Positions 12,487-24,362 of a stretch of DNA of 64,000 nt are shown here, piece by piece. The stretch lies in assembly GCA_012862495.1 (NCBI GenBank), contig BLSG01000375.1, positions 62,001 to 126,000 on the forward strand, written 5' to 3'. The translations under genes and the position numbers were made by a program. The stretch's first letter is position 1, and each line of letters starts with the position of its first letter. Under the pieces are notes generated by a model. It did no database searches, was not told the origin of the DNA, and was given only the letters and a program-made list of their open reading frames with translations. Origin of the DNA: Thraustochytrium aureum. Taxonomy: Eukaryota.

Positions 12487-14987
12487 CTCCGCAGCCGTTC
12501 GTCACGAACGCGTCGCGACGGCCGAGCTTTGACGAAGCCCCAGCAAGCCAGCCAGCCAGCCTGCAGCAGCGCGATGACCACCCCAAAAAGCAAACAGCGC
12601 TAGCACCTTGTCGACCAACCAATCAGCAAGCTTGCGGCCCTGCGCGCGTCGAGCTCGCAGCAGCAGCGCCAACGCCGCTGGCCGCATTCGAGCTGGTCGC
12701 CGGCCTCGTAACAACAACAACAACTCAACGGACACATTCTTGCACCTTGGCGCCCGGATGTGCGCACCTTGTCTTCTGTTGTGGACCGCCCGTTCTCCTT
12801 CCAAGCGAGCCGCCCGAAACCACTTGCGAGCTGGCGAAGCGCATCGGCAGCTCTTGGCCTGCTGGCCTGTAGCGCCCGTCGGCCCTGCGTGTCGCTTCTG
12901 GCTTGCCAGTGCTGGCCGAAGATTGGTTTTGGGTTTTATTGCATTTCTTCATGGCACGGGCTCGTCCGAATCTCAAGCCTATCGAGATCAACTCGCGCAG
13001 TGCTCAGGCACGGGTATTGCCCATTTTGCAGGAGGCTGCTGTGGGCCGCTCATTTACTCGAGCCCCACAATGATGCTGTGGGCCGAGCTCCAAAGGGCTC
13101 GAGCTCGCGGAGAGACTGGCTGGCCATTGTCGTGCGAAACAAATGCCAGTCATCTGCACGAATCTTTCAAAATCAAGAAGCGCTTGTCTCAGCTGAGGTT
13201 TGTCCTGGCTCCCGACAGGAGGAGGGCGTCCTCCGCCCCCATATAGAAAACGCCAGCGTTCCGGCAAACTTGCGCCCGTTTCGAGGCGGCAAAAGCGCTG
13301 CTGCTGACGGAATCAACTTGTGGGCGTAGATGAGCTTCCTCGAAGCGTGTCGACTTGGCCATGCACATCTCGAACGCAAGTCCAGCGCTGCCTTTCATTC
13401 GCGCCTGTCGTGCGTTTAAGAGATTGAGTTTGCGTTTCCCAGCGTCCCGCTGCAGACGCGCACGCCGGCGCCTTCGCCTCGATAGAGCAGCAGCACTTCA
13501 ACGTTGACCGCAAACGTGTGGACTAGCGCAGATGACAGAACATACCCTGCGAATCCCTGTGGGTGCCATGGATTACGGCTTTTCTTGTACTTGATCTCTG
13601 CCCTGAGAAGACCAGCACAAATGTGCGCTTGTCGGGTTTTCGGACCGATGCCAGTGATCTGGATCACTCGGCTCAGGAGCACTCGCTGCAACCTCGGAAC
13701 CCTTTTTCGTCGTCGTTGTTGGCCACGTCTGCAGCCTTGCCGGGGCCGGAATTCGTCTCTTCCAGAGTCTCGGCTATCCTCGCCAGGGCCGATCTCGACC
13801 TCCCACAAGTCTTGGCTGCTTCAAGTATAGTCCAGGGAGGCGGCGCGCGGCGCACGGTGCAGCCCCGTCGTCGATCGCACCTTCTGGCGTCAGCCATCCA
13901 TGCTCCGGTCAGGCGCATCACACCTGACGCTTATCTTGGGCAGTTTCACCTCGTGCGCCGCGCACGCAGAAAACCTCGAGCCCGCGCACGCTCGAACAAT
14001 CCGCTAAAGTCACCTGTTCCGATCCGCGGGTGGTCCAGTGACTCTGGTCGTGTCTACATCGAGCGGCCTTCATTCGAGGCTTTTCGCCGTCTTTCAATCA
14101 AGAGACTTCACTGCAGCCCCGTGGTCTGGGGGCTCTTCAGCACGCGGCCTCCGTCGCGCGCAGTCAAGTCCGGTGTCAGGCTGTCCAGTGGACGAAGTGT
14201 TCATCCGTAGGTTGGCCTACTACGCTGTTCTCGTCCCGCATTCACCCTTTCAAACAATGCAACAGCGGCAGCAGCAGCAGGTGGAGCAGTGCAGCGGCCT
14301 GTGTGAAGGAAGCGGTTTGGAGCCGACATGCACAACGCAGAAAAGTGGTGCGAGTGGTGCGATTTCCAATCGATTTCCAGTCGATTCCGACAGCAGCCCG
14401 CGCCAACGCGCAACGGAGGGCTCTCTTGAAGTCCACCGCAAGTAGGTCACACGATTGGCCTTTCAAGAGGCGAGGTGCGCGGGACAATTTCACAACCAAA
14501 GACGAAGTTCGACTGCCTGAAAAACTCGTAGATCTTCGAGCTCGTTTCGTCCCAAGGCCTCAGCCTCTCTGGCCGCGTCGGCTCTGAGAACGGAGATTGG
14601 TCGATGCTCGTCAGTGAGTACCGGACCTCGTCAGCTTCTTTTGCAACCAGTCAGAAGCCAGAGTCCAGGGCCAACTCGCACCTCGCAGTCCTCATGACGA
14701 GACGCTGGCCGACTCAGAAGCGGCGTCGGATCTCCGTCCCCGCGTTGAGCTCTCCAGCGAGCTCGAATTGTGTGAGTCGTCGACTTGACACCATGCCGCC
14801 AGAGGGCGTGAGAGATCTTGATCGCCCATCGCAGCCGCGGACCAAAGCAGCAGTCCTTTGACTTGTGGGAGCTGCAGACTCGATCGACGGCGAGGCAGCA
14901 CGGCATATCGCGCGCGCGAGGCGCTCTCGAGGCGCTTTGTTTTCTGCTCGACGAGCGAGCAGTCTCCTTGCGCAGCTCGCCAAGAAA

Positions 14988-16426
14988 ATGCCTGCGCGAC
15001 ACTGGCACGCCTGCAGTCATGCCTCCATCCTGCTCTTTGCCGCGACAACAACGCTGGTCTTCGTCGTGGTGTCCAGGAGCTCGGTGCTGCATGTGCCGCC
15101 CCTTCCGGCGCTCTGGCGCTTCTTTCCAGCCGGGCTCAGTCAAGGCGAGGGTGATGGGGCCAGTTTGGAAGTGGCCAACCCGATGATACCGCGAGCCGAG
15201 GAGCCCGTTCGGACAGTCACTAAGCCACCAAGCTCGCCAGCCGCGCTCGTCCGGGAAGCGGCCGAGGCCGTGGGAGCGCCGGTGTGGTGCAACTGCACTG
15301 AGGCCGAGAAGCAATACATCTACGAGTTCGAGATGCAGAGCCCTGCGCCGTCGTACCACGAGCGACGCAAGGCGGCACTTGTCCGAGCCGGCGTTGTGCA
15401 CGACGTCTCGGGCCTTCGCGGAGCAATCTGTCAGTGTGAAACAGACGCGGCGCGAGCACTGCCAGGCACAACTTGGGTTGACCAATGCGTTCAGATGCAG
15501 CTTGCGGTCAAGAGCAGCGGGACGCCCGCGAATCTGGACCCAGTGATCTTGGAGCGGAAGGATCTGCTTGACATCTGCGATGAGATTGCACGGGTGGACC
15601 CGGGCCGACCGCCAAAGAACACAGGACTCGTGTCGCCCACTGCATCACGGGCGAGTCAAGGTTCATCCATTTCCCGATCTTGAGAGAAATGTACGAGCGC
15701 CACGTGACAAGCATGCTCGGTGCCGAATCTGACATATTCATCGTGATGGAGATGGATGTGCGCGCGAAACAGTATGCGCTGCAGCTTGGACTGCCCGAGC
15801 GGCGCGGATACGCGCAGCACGTCCAGTCAATGTGGAATGCGACGCAGGTTCTGGCTTTGAGCGTCGCAAATAACGACGCCACCGTGCCACCGTGGTACTC
15901 TAGCGCGATCACGAAGGTCAATCACGTTGACAAGAACTTTCAGAAGAAGGAGCTGTGCTATCGAATGGTTCGCGCCCATGAAGCTGCCTCAGCCAAGCGG
16001 TACACGCACTTTGTTGTCGGCAGGACGGACGGGGTCTACCCGTTGGGGATTGGCCGGCCAGCGGATTGGGGCGAGAAAATCTGGGTTCCTCGTTACGACA
16101 TCCTCCGCAAACATGACGTTCCCATGCTGCCAGTCCAAACGGTCACGCATGCGGCGCCCAGCTTTATTGAGAAGCGTGAGTGGGTCACCGACTTTCTCGC
16201 GATAGTTCCTGCGGTTTTCGCGCATCGATACTTCAGGCAGCACATCCAGCTGTCGGTGGGTCACGGTAATTCGATGTCACGAACTGTCTTACGCGGGGGG
16301 GATAGGTACATTTTAAACGCGCTGAGGGAAGCAGGTCTGGCGGCGGTCACGGAGGAGCACCCCATTCTCGTCAAAATCCTCAGGTGGGCGAGCAACCTGC
16401 AACATGCGATGGAGATGCCGTTCTGA
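14988..16426 (+). CDS. Type II membrane protein, putative glycosyltransferase-like (frameshift near 15615)
   Basis: N-terminal signal anchor. Joining frames gives RVAHCITGESR...DIFIVM...KKELCYRMV...RYTHFVVGRTD...IWVP...TDFLAI, a pattern seen in GT-like families. Confidence 0.6.
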
Positions 16427-16972
16427 CGCTACATCAACCTTCACGTGTACAACGGCCCGCCGCAGACAACCCACCATGCCAGCGTTCTTGATCAACGCCA
16501 AACCTGCACGGTTTCCTGTCCACGCGACGTCGCTTCGTGGCCCTTCTCGTTTAGGCCTATTCAACAATCAATCTCTCGAGCTTCGTTCATTAAACGTCCC
16601 GCACCGGAAAGAGTATCCCAACGATGTGCGCGCCAGCCATGGATGCAGAACGAGCGCGATTCTGCCTTGAACAGAGCAGAGCAGCGGCGCCTCGAACTCG
16701 ATGGTCGCCTCAAGAATGCGCCCTCATGGGCCGCCATGGCAGAGCCGAGTTGACGCTCGCGGCGCAGTGCAGCACGAACTGATGAACTCGAGTACGCGCG
16801 CAGGGCAGGCTGGAGCATTCTTCGCGCAGGGGTCACGGCGCCGGGCTCGCGAGACGCGCTGAGGCTTGGCCGCCGCGGCGGATCCGAGCGCAGACTCGGC
16901 TGACCGGGTGGCAAAGCAACAGGTTTGGGGCGGCGCGAAGGGCGGCGGAGCCAAGCTGCCTCGGGCCGGAGG

Positions 16973-17875
16973 ATGGGCGAGGTGGACTCCATAGGTCGCA
17001 GGCTTGCGTCGCGACAGTGCAGCATTGACTGGCTTGAGACGGAGGAAGACATCCCGCGAAGTCTGGAGGTCGCCGCAAGAGCACCAGCAGCGCCAGCGCC
17101 ACCACCACCAGCAGCGCCAGCNNNNNNNNNNNNNNNNNNNNNNNNNNNNNNNNNNNNNNNNNNNNNNNNNNNNNNNNNNNNNNNNNNNNNNNNNNNNNNN
17201 NNNNNNNNNNNNNNNNNNNNNNNNNNNNNNNNNNNNNNNNNNNNNNNNNNNNNNNNNNNNNNNNNNNNNNNNNNNNNNNNNNNNNNNNNNNNNNNNNNNN
17301 NNNNNNNNNNNNNNNNNNNNNNNNNNNNNNNNNNNNNNNNNNNNNNNNNNNNNNNNNNNNNNNNNNNNNNNNNNNNNNNNNNNNNNNNNNNNNNNNNNNN
17401 NNNNNNNNNNNNNNNNNNNNNNNNNNNNNNNNNNNNNNNNNNNNNNNNNNNNNNNNNNNNNNNNNNNNNNNNNNNNNNNNNNNNNNNNNNNNNNNNCGAG
17501 GTGCGAGCTCGAACCGTGGCCGAGATTGAAGCGAAGCGCGGCAAGTTTGCGGCGTACTTTGAGACCGAGCGCGCGTTTGCTCGGTATTTGGCCGCGATGA
17601 AGCGGAGTGGGTCGTGGGGAGACGAGCTGTCCCTGCGTGCGATCTCTGACGCGTTTGGGGTCGAGGTCCACGTTTTGACATCCACTGCGGGCTTTGGCGG
17701 GTTCTACCTGACCTACTTGCCAGAGGGGGCGGCAGTCGCGGGAGCGGCAGAGCCGCGGCGGGTGTTTCTCACGTACTTGAGTCCCGTGCACTACAACGTT
17801 CTGACGTGCACAGACGAGCAGAACCAGCAAGTGGCCGGCGCAGCGATGCGCTGGCTGCTGCGCTGCTGCGACTGA
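16973..17875 (+). CDS. OTU-domain deubiquitinase (catalytic Cys region in gap)
   Basis: YLAAMKRSGSWGDELSLRAISDAFGVEVHVLTS and His box FLTYLSPVHYN. Confidence 0.88.
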   Translation: MGEVDSIGRRLASRQCSIDWLETEEDIPRSLEVAARAPAAPAPPPPAAPXXXXXXXXXXXXXXXXXXXXXXXXXXXXXXXXXXXXXXXXXXXXXXXXXXXXXXXXXXXXXXXXXXXXXXXXXXXXXXXXXXXXXXXXXXXXXXXXXXXXXXXXXXXXXXXXXXXXXXXXXXXXXXEVRARTVAEIEAKRGKFAAYFETERAFARYLAAMKRSGSWGDELSLRAISDAFGVEVHVLTSTAGFGGFYLTYLPEGAAVAGAAEPRRVFLTYLSPVHYNVLTCTDEQNQQVAGAAMRWLLRCCD

Positions 17876-17904
17876 TGCCACGGTGGGGCACGCGACGGCG
17901 AAGG

Positions 17905-17972
17905 GGAGCGCTGCGCAGAGCAGAGCTGCCCAGAGCTGCGCAGAGCAGAGCTGCGCAGAGCAGAGCTGCGCC
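17905..17972. repeat. Short tandem repeat (GCAGAGCAGAGCTGC)n
   Basis: About 4 imperfect 15-bp copies between the convergent OTU and GMPR 3' ends. Confidence 0.8.
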
Positions 17973-18117
17973 GCACGGGGACGGCAGTGCTTCCAACGGC
18001 GCGCGCACGCAAGGAGGCTCGGCCCGCGCTTCGCGCGAGGATTGTCGCTCACTTCGTTTCTTGTTCCTCTCGAAGCTAAAAGTTAGTTTGCGCAGGCAAG
18101 CGCGCCAGACCAGGCCG

Positions 18118-18921
18118 CTAGTCGTTGCGGGCCTTCTTGGCGGCCGGGGCGTCAGAGCCGCCCTCGAGGTAGCTCTTCGGCACGCGCGAGTGGTCCTTGT
18201 TGGCCGCGAAGACGGGGTTGAGGATCTGCGAGCAGCGGATGAAGGTCGTGCGCTTCGAGACCTCCTTGATCGTGGCGGCGCCGACGTAGGTGCAGGCCGA
18301 GCGCAGGCCGCCGAGGATCTCCTTGATAGTCGCCTGGACCGGCCCACGGTACGGCACCTGCACGCTCTTGCCCTCCGAGGCGCGGTACTCGGCAACCTTG
18401 CCGTGGTGCTTCTCCATGGCCTCCGAGCTGCTCATCCCGTAAAACTTTTTAAACTTTTGCCCGTTCTCCTCGATGAGCTCGCCGCCGCTCTCGTCGTGGC
18501 CGGCAAACATGCCGCCGGACATGACAAAGTCGGCCCCGGCTCCGAACGCCTTGGCAAAGTCGCCCGGGCAGGCGCAGCCGCCGTCCGAGACGATGCAGCC
18601 GCCGAGCCCGTGCGCGGCGTCCGCGCACTCAATCACGGCGCTCAGCTGCGGGTAGCCCACGCCGGTCTGCTTGCGCGTCGTGCAGACCGAGCCCGGCCCG
18701 ATGCCGACCTTGATGATGTCGGCGCCGCTCAGGATGAGCTCCTCGACCATCTCGCCGGTGACCACGTTCCCGGCCACGATCGTGTGCTTGGGGTGCTCGG
18801 CGCGCACGCGGCGCACGGTCGCGACGAAGTTTTCGCTGTACCCGTTGGCGACGTCCAGGCAGATCATCTTGACCTTGTCCACCCTGGCGCAGACCTCCTT
18901 GACGATCGCGAGGTCGGCCTC
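18118..18921 (-). CDS. GMPR: GMP reductase (5' part in gap)
   Basis: [51 protein letters not shown] and [12 protein letters not shown]. Confidence 0.96.
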   Translation of the reverse strand, partial: EADLAIVKEVCARVDKVKMICLDVANGYSENFVATVRRVRAEHPKHTIVAGNVVTGEMVEELILSGADIIKVGIGPGSVCTTRKQTGVGYPQLSAVIECADAAHGLGGCIVSDGGCACPGDFAKAFGAGADFVMSGGMFAGHDESGGELIEENGQKFKKFYGMSSSEAMEKHHGKVAEYRASEGKSVQVPYRGPVQATIKEILGGLRSACTYVGAATIKEVSKRTTFIRCSQILNPVFAANKDHSRVPKSYLEGGSDAPAAKKARND

Positions 18922-19468
18922 NNNNNNNNNNNNNNNNNNNNNNNNNNNNNNNNNNNNNNNNNNNNNNNNNNNNNNNNNNNNNNNNNNNNNNNNNNNNNNN
19001 NNNNNNNNNNNNNNNNNNNNNNNNNNNNNNNNNNNNNNNNNNNNNNNNNNNNNNNNNNNNNNNNNNNNNNNNNNNNNNNNNNNNNNNNNNNNNNNNNNNN
19101 NNNNNNNNNNNNNNNNNNNNNNNNNNNNNNNNNNNNNNNNNNNNNNNNNNNNNNNNNNNNNNNNNNNNNNNNNNNNNNNNNNNNNNNNNNNNNNNNNNNN
19201 NNNNNNNNNNNNNNNNNNNNNNNNNNNNNNNNNNNNNNNNNNNNNNNNNNNNNNNNNNNNNNNNNNNNNNNNNNNNNNNNNNNNNNNNNNNNNNNNNNNN
19301 NNNNNNNNNNNNNNNNNNNNNNNNNNNNNNNNNNNNNNNNNNNNNNNNNNNNNNNNNNNNNNNNNNNNNNNNNNNNNNNNNNNNNNNNNNNNNNNNNNNN
19401 NNNNNNNNNNNNNNNNNNNNNNNNNNNNNNNNNNNNNNNNNNGAAAGGGGGGAGTGTGGGGGGGGAGG

Positions 19469-19697
19469 TGACGCGAGGCGGCGCTCGTCAAGGCGAACGG
19501 GTGACGTGACGCGCATCGCTCACTTTATCCGCTAGAAATACGTCACGTGCAGTCTTGAGTGACGTACATCAGTCTCAACCCGCGTCGTTTGCAGCGCGAG
19601 GCGACGTGCGGCGCCACCGCCTCGTCACCTAGGTAGCTCAAGTGACGCGCGGGTCGTCCGCGGGCGGACCCCCCGTCACACACCCTCCCAAATGACG
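19469..19697. promoter_or_regulatory. Cluster of 10 TGACG/CGTCA (bZIP/CRE half-site-like) motifs upstream of GMPR
   Basis: Motifs start at 19469, 19486, 19502, 19507, 19541, 19560, 19623, 19643, 19674 and 19693; 8 of them extend to GTGACG. Confidence 0.5.
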
Positions 19698-20637
19698 TGC
19701 TCTCGTCTTGAAGGCCCCCAACACGACGTGCAGCGCAGGTGGGGTAGGTAGGGAGAACAGTAGGTAGAATCGCTGTGTGGAGGAGGTGAAGCTCACATCG
19801 ACAGCTTGTTCATCCATGGCGCTCGCACAAAACCAACGCACGGCCGAGGGCCACCAGGCGCCCTGCTCGCGCTCGTCGTTCTCCCCGGAGCTCCGAGCCG
19901 CGGTTCAACGCCGTGCATCGTTTCCCCGGGCGCCTGGCACCGCGTCCATTCCTCGCGCGGCTCACAGGTGCCCATGCACTTGGCCGCGCGCACCGGGAGA
20001 TCTCCAGCCGCGGACGCCGTGTCCGAGGCGCGATGCCGGCCTGCGGGCGCTCGCATCAAGCTCGCGCGGTGGCCCCGGAGCCAGTGCGTTGGCGATCGCG
20101 CCTGTCCACTGTGGAAGCAAGCGCGAGGCGGGCGAGCGGGCGAGGTCTCTCTTGTCTCTCCCCTCTCTCTCCCCGCAGGCAGGGCAGGCTGGGGACGTCC
20201 AGCGCTGCGCCGCGCCGGACGGCCGAATACGTAACGATGCGAGATGCACGCGCGGCTGCCGCGCGGTTTTGCCGGCGGCGCGGCGGAAGGTGGGCTGCAT
20301 TTGGGTTTTTTGCTCGCTCGGGACTGGGTTTTGTGCGAATTGCTGACCGAGCTCACTTCGAAGAAGGAACAGGATGCTTGTCGTGCACCGATGCGCAGCA
20401 GACCCCCGAGTTCGAGCGCGGTTTGAGCCCGAGGAGCACGAGGATCTGGTGTTGGAGAGCGGCCGACTTGACTTCGCGGCAACTGTGCTTGGCGCTGCGG
20501 TGGTCTGTGGGGAGCAAGCGGCTGGCTACTCGACGCGACGGAAGGCGCGTGGCCTGGTTTGGAAGCTCAGCCCGAGATGGCGGGAATGCTGGTCGAGAGC
20601 GATGTGCTGACGGCGTTTTTTGGGCAGGGCGGTCGAG

Positions 20638-21359
20638 ATGGAGCAGGCGCGGCGGACGGGGATCGCCACGCTCACGTTTGTGTTCTTCAGCGGCATTGCG
20701 GCGAGTGCCTCTGCCAGCTACGTGCCGCAGTACCAGCAAATGAGCAAAGATGACCAGCGGTCGTGGTGCTCGTGGGTCATTTCGATGGGCCACGCCCTCA
20801 CCGTGTCGCTGCTGTGCATTTCGCTCGTCGTGTTCCCGGACGAGGCCATCGAGAACGACCGCGTGTATGGCTACTCGGACCGCGCCAACCTGGCCTTCTC
20901 GATCTCGACCGGTTTTTCCTCTACGACCTGTCCAACTGCTTCAAGAGCACGGGCCCCAACTGGGCGTTCGTGTTCCACCACGTCGCCTGCGCCATCTGCT
21001 ACACGTTTGTCCAGTTCCCGTTCCTGGCCTACTACGCGGTTCGGTTCCTGCTGTTCGAGCTGAGCACGCCGTTTCTCAACATGCGCAACATGCTGCTCGC
21101 GACGGGCCACCACGGCTCGCCGCTCGTCAAGGCGGTTGAGAAGGCCTTTGGGTACACTTTCCTCATCGTGCGCATCTTTATGGGCATCCCGCTCTCCATC
21201 ATGGCGATGAAGGATGCTTTTGACCTCGTCCAGTCTGGGCGCGAGCACTCGCTTGCCGTGGTTTGCTACTTTGTGCTGGCAAATCTCGGCCTCAACGGGC
21301 TCAACCTGTTCTGGCTCTCCACGTTGATCCGCAAGGCCGTCAACAGCAAGTCGAAATAG
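20638..21359 (+). CDS. TLC-domain (TMEM56-like) membrane protein (frameshift near 20915)
   Basis: WCSWVISMGHA, STGF(F)LYDL, FVFHH, FELSTPFLNMR, FLIVRI and LNLFW. Confidence 0.9.
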
Positions 21360-21526
21360 GCTTGCTTTTGGCGCTTGCTCAATTGCCGCGGCGTCGTGAG
21401 GGATTGACGATGTCGCTGCGTCTGGTCGGGCGACGGGCGCGAGTCTAGGCTGGCCTGCCTTGGCTTGCGCTCTGCCGGCCGATGGTGCCCTGTTCTGATA
21501 GATAGATTATTGAAAGATGTTATTGT

Positions 21527-21626
21527 TCACAAGTTGGGCTCAGGCTCTCTCTCTAGAGCTAGCTCTCGAAGAGTCCAAGTACAGGGATCACAAGTTGGGC
21601 CCAAGCTCCCTCTACCAGAGCTAGCG
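21527..21626. repeat. Imperfect direct repeat, 61-bp period
   Basis: TCACAAGTTGGGCYCARGCTCYCTCT..AGAGCTAGC at 21527 and 21588. Confidence 0.7.
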
Positions 21627-21754
21627 AGAGACCTGACGCCAAGCTGGTTGCCAGTGTTCAGCTTGTCGTCAGCGCGCTGCATGCAGGCTCGGAAGCGCGG
21701 TGTCCAAGGCCGAGCTCGGACGCCACGCCTCTCGCACTTGCGCACCCGTCAGAA

Positions 21755-24061
21755 TCAGGCCAACGGCTCCGTCGCGTACGAAGCGAGCGGCTCCAGCACC
21801 ATCACCGCGTTGCTGCCCTCGATCGGGACGTCGGGAAAGTAGCCCTGGTCTACGCACATGCCCCGAAACTCGAGGTACAAACTGCGCAGAACGAGACGGC
21901 ATTCCTCAGCCGACTCGTTGTTACTGGCGAGCGGCGCGAGCACGCGCGCGTCGTGGCCTGCCCGTAACGCGTCCATAATGCCTTGGCAGAGCTCCAGTTT
22001 GTCCGTGTCGTTGCCGAAGAATGCAGAACACGACACGCCTTCAAACTCCTGCACTGCGCGCGAGACCTCGGCCGCAGCGCTCGGTGCAGCCTCGGCCCGA
22101 TCCCCCGCGTCCCGGACCTTCACCGAGTCGGTAGTGCCAGCGTGCGAAGCGATCTCGCCGGCCGCGTGGCCCTTGGCTTTGGGCTTCCGTTTTGGCTTGC
22201 TAGGCTTCTTCGACGCTGCTGGAGCAGCGCCGTTCGAGCTCGCAAGAGCGGTCTGCGCGCTCAACGCCGAGGCCGGGCTCGGGACAAGCCCCTCGTCACT
22301 CTGCGGCAGCTCTGCGCGCAGCGAGCCCGGCAGCCCCGTCGACTCGAGCACGCCGCCGCCAAGGAGGTGTAAAAGGTCCTCGTCGCAGCGCGCGAGCTGC
22401 TCTAGGCGTAGCTGCTCGTGACGCGCCTCAACGCGGCGCTGCTCGGCCTTTTTGCGGCGCATCTCGCGGGCTGCCTTTGCGGCTTGCCCGGCGATCGACT
22501 TGACTGCCCGGCGCAGCTTGGCGCGGGCACGAGCGGCGTTTGCCCTTTCGCGTTTGGCGGCTTCCTCGGCCTGGCGTGCTCGCTCGACGTCCCAGAGTTT
22601 GTCAAAGCACAACCCGCATACCTTGACTGTTTCGTACATTCGGGCTTTCAGGTGCGCCGGCAGGAGCTCGCTGAGCGCGGCGGTGTCTGTGACGCCCATG
22701 CGGTCCTGCAGCACCATTTTGTACACGACCTGCTTCTTCTCTCGCGCCTGTGTCGCCTCCAGTTCCTGCAAAGACGCGCGCTTGCAAACGTCGCCGATGC
22801 ACCAGCGGAAGGCCTCTGCAGCTTGCAGCTCGGCGCGTCGCTTCGTCTGGGCTTGGCCCTCGCTCAGGGGCCTTCGCGCGGCGCCGCCCCTCGCGTTGTT
22901 CAGCCCTCCTTGCCGCTTGCTGTCAACGCGGGCGAAGCCCTGCACCTCGGCGATCCACTCGCGAGAGTCGCCAGAACACCGCTCCTCGACGATCACCGAT
23001 CCTGAGACTTGGACCACGCCTACGTGCCGCTCGAGTTTCCGCCCGAGCTTGCTGTTCGCGGAAATCGGGGCCAAGGTCCCGTGCTCAGGAGGCACGACCG
23101 CCTGGATCACGACGCACAAATCCGAGCTGCCAGCGGCAGAATGCCGCTGCTGCTGCTGCGGACCGCACACTTGGCCCTCGTGCAGGTGCTCGTCGTTCTC
23201 GTCGTCACTGGAGCACCGTCGCGAGTACTCTTTGCAAACTCTCTCAATCTCCAAGACGAGGTCGTTGCGGGAAATAGCCAGACGCGTTTCCACAGCGGGC
23301 CCCGCGGCGGGGCCCCTTCGCACGCTCGCGAGAGGCTGGCAGCCGAAGATGCCGAGGCTCTGAATAACGCGCGCATAGGCCTCTGCAAGGCCCTTGACCG
23401 ACTGGAACTGCCGCGCCTCTTCGTCAAAGCACACCCATCGAATCGCTGGAGCCTCAAAATCAAATACGAGCGTCGGGACAACCCCAACAGAGGCCTTGTC
23501 CACCAACGCGCACAGGTCGGTCCGTGCCCAGAACGAAAACCCATCGAGCCTGGGGAGCCGGAGCGCCGGTTGCTCTGAGAGGTCCGTGCGCGTTGTTTCA
23601 ACCTGGTTGCCGCAGCTCGTGAGGGCTTGCTGGTGCTTGGGTGGCCGAATGGTTGCAACGCGTGGGAGCTTGGGCAGCTTGATGGCTCGCGCTGCCTCGC
23701 CGTCCTTCCCTGTTGTGCCGCCTCTTGCCTCTCCTTCCCCGCTCGTCGCGCCGCCCCGCGGCTCTGTTTGAGCTGGTCTGGCAATATCAAGGTATCGCGC
23801 CGCGACGCCGCGCTTGCCTCGCCGCCCGCCTTTCCTCGGCTGCTTTCCGTGCTCGGCAGCGAAAGCGACCATCGCCGCTTGTGCCTCCACTCGCCTGTCC
23901 GCTTCTGGCGTGTACTCGAGTGTATCGAACCAGGACATGAACGCCTTCTTACTCTTGCGCACCGTCCCTGTGTCCCTTTCTTCCTCCTCCCCGTCGTCGT
24001 CTTCGGGCAGCTCGCCAGCTTCCGCCGCGCGCTCCAAACGCGCGAGCGCCCTCATCACCAT
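21755..24061 (-). CDS. Hypothetical protein (~770 aa) with CxxC motif and charged coiled coil
   Basis: Long uninterrupted ORF with protein-like composition; YETVKVCGLC is followed by an R/E/A-rich helix. Family not recognised. Confidence 0.7.
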   Translation of the reverse strand: MVMRALARLERAAEAGELPEDDDGEEEERDTGTVRKSKKAFMSWFDTLEYTPEADRRVEAQAAMVAFAAEHGKQPRKGGRRGKRGVAARYLDIARPAQTEPRGGATSGEGEARGGTTGKDGEAARAIKLPKLPRVATIRPPKHQQALTSCGNQVETTRTDLSEQPALRLPRLDGFSFWARTDLCALVDKASVGVVPTLVFDFEAPAIRWVCFDEEARQFQSVKGLAEAYARVIQSLGIFGCQPLASVRRGPAAGPAVETRLAISRNDLVLEIERVCKEYSRRCSSDDENDEHLHEGQVCGPQQQQRHSAAGSSDLCVVIQAVVPPEHGTLAPISANSKLGRKLERHVGVVQVSGSVIVEERCSGDSREWIAEVQGFARVDSKRQGGLNNARGGAARRPLSEGQAQTKRRAELQAAEAFRWCIGDVCKRASLQELEATQAREKKQVVYKMVLQDRMGVTDTAALSELLPAHLKARMYETVKVCGLCFDKLWDVERARQAEEAAKRERANAARARAKLRRAVKSIAGQAAKAAREMRRKKAEQRRVEARHEQLRLEQLARCDEDLLHLLGGGVLESTGLPGSLRAELPQSDEGLVPSPASALSAQTALASSNGAAPAASKKPSKPKRKPKAKGHAAGEIASHAGTTDSVKVRDAGDRAEAAPSAAAEVSRAVQEFEGVSCSAFFGNDTDKLELCQGIMDALRAGHDARVLAPLASNNESAEECRLVLRSLYLEFRGMCVDQGYFPDVPIEGSNAVMVLEPLASYATEPLA

Positions 24062-24169
24062 CGTGGCCCGGTGCGACCGCAAAACCGCAAAGCGAAGCGG
24101 CGTCGGCGCACCAGTCGCAGCGCCGAAGCGCCACGTCTACCGTGACAAACTCGTCTTTTTCAGGCCGCC

Positions 24170-24362
24170 GCGAACCTCAAACGACCGCCAGAGGGGACCA
24201 CGATGACCGCAAGAGAGGACCTCCAGCGACCGCCAGAGCGGACCTCGACAACCGCCAGAGCGGACCGCGAACGACCGCCAGAGGGACCTCGACAACCGCC
24301 AGAGGGACCTCGAACGACCGCCAGAGCGGACCTCGAACGACCGCGATGACCGCAAGGACCTT
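24170..24362. repeat. Minisatellite, 21-23-bp unit GACCTCGA(A)C(G/A)ACCGCCAGAG(C)G
   Basis: About 8 degenerate copies with indels, adjacent to a short gap. Confidence 0.85.

Noticed and set aside
12600..14860. Possible gene, selenoprotein (a frame from 12951 with repeated TGA) or C/D snoRNA
   Set aside because: No recognisable domain, SECIS or guide sequence; TGA is the expected commonest stop at this GC content
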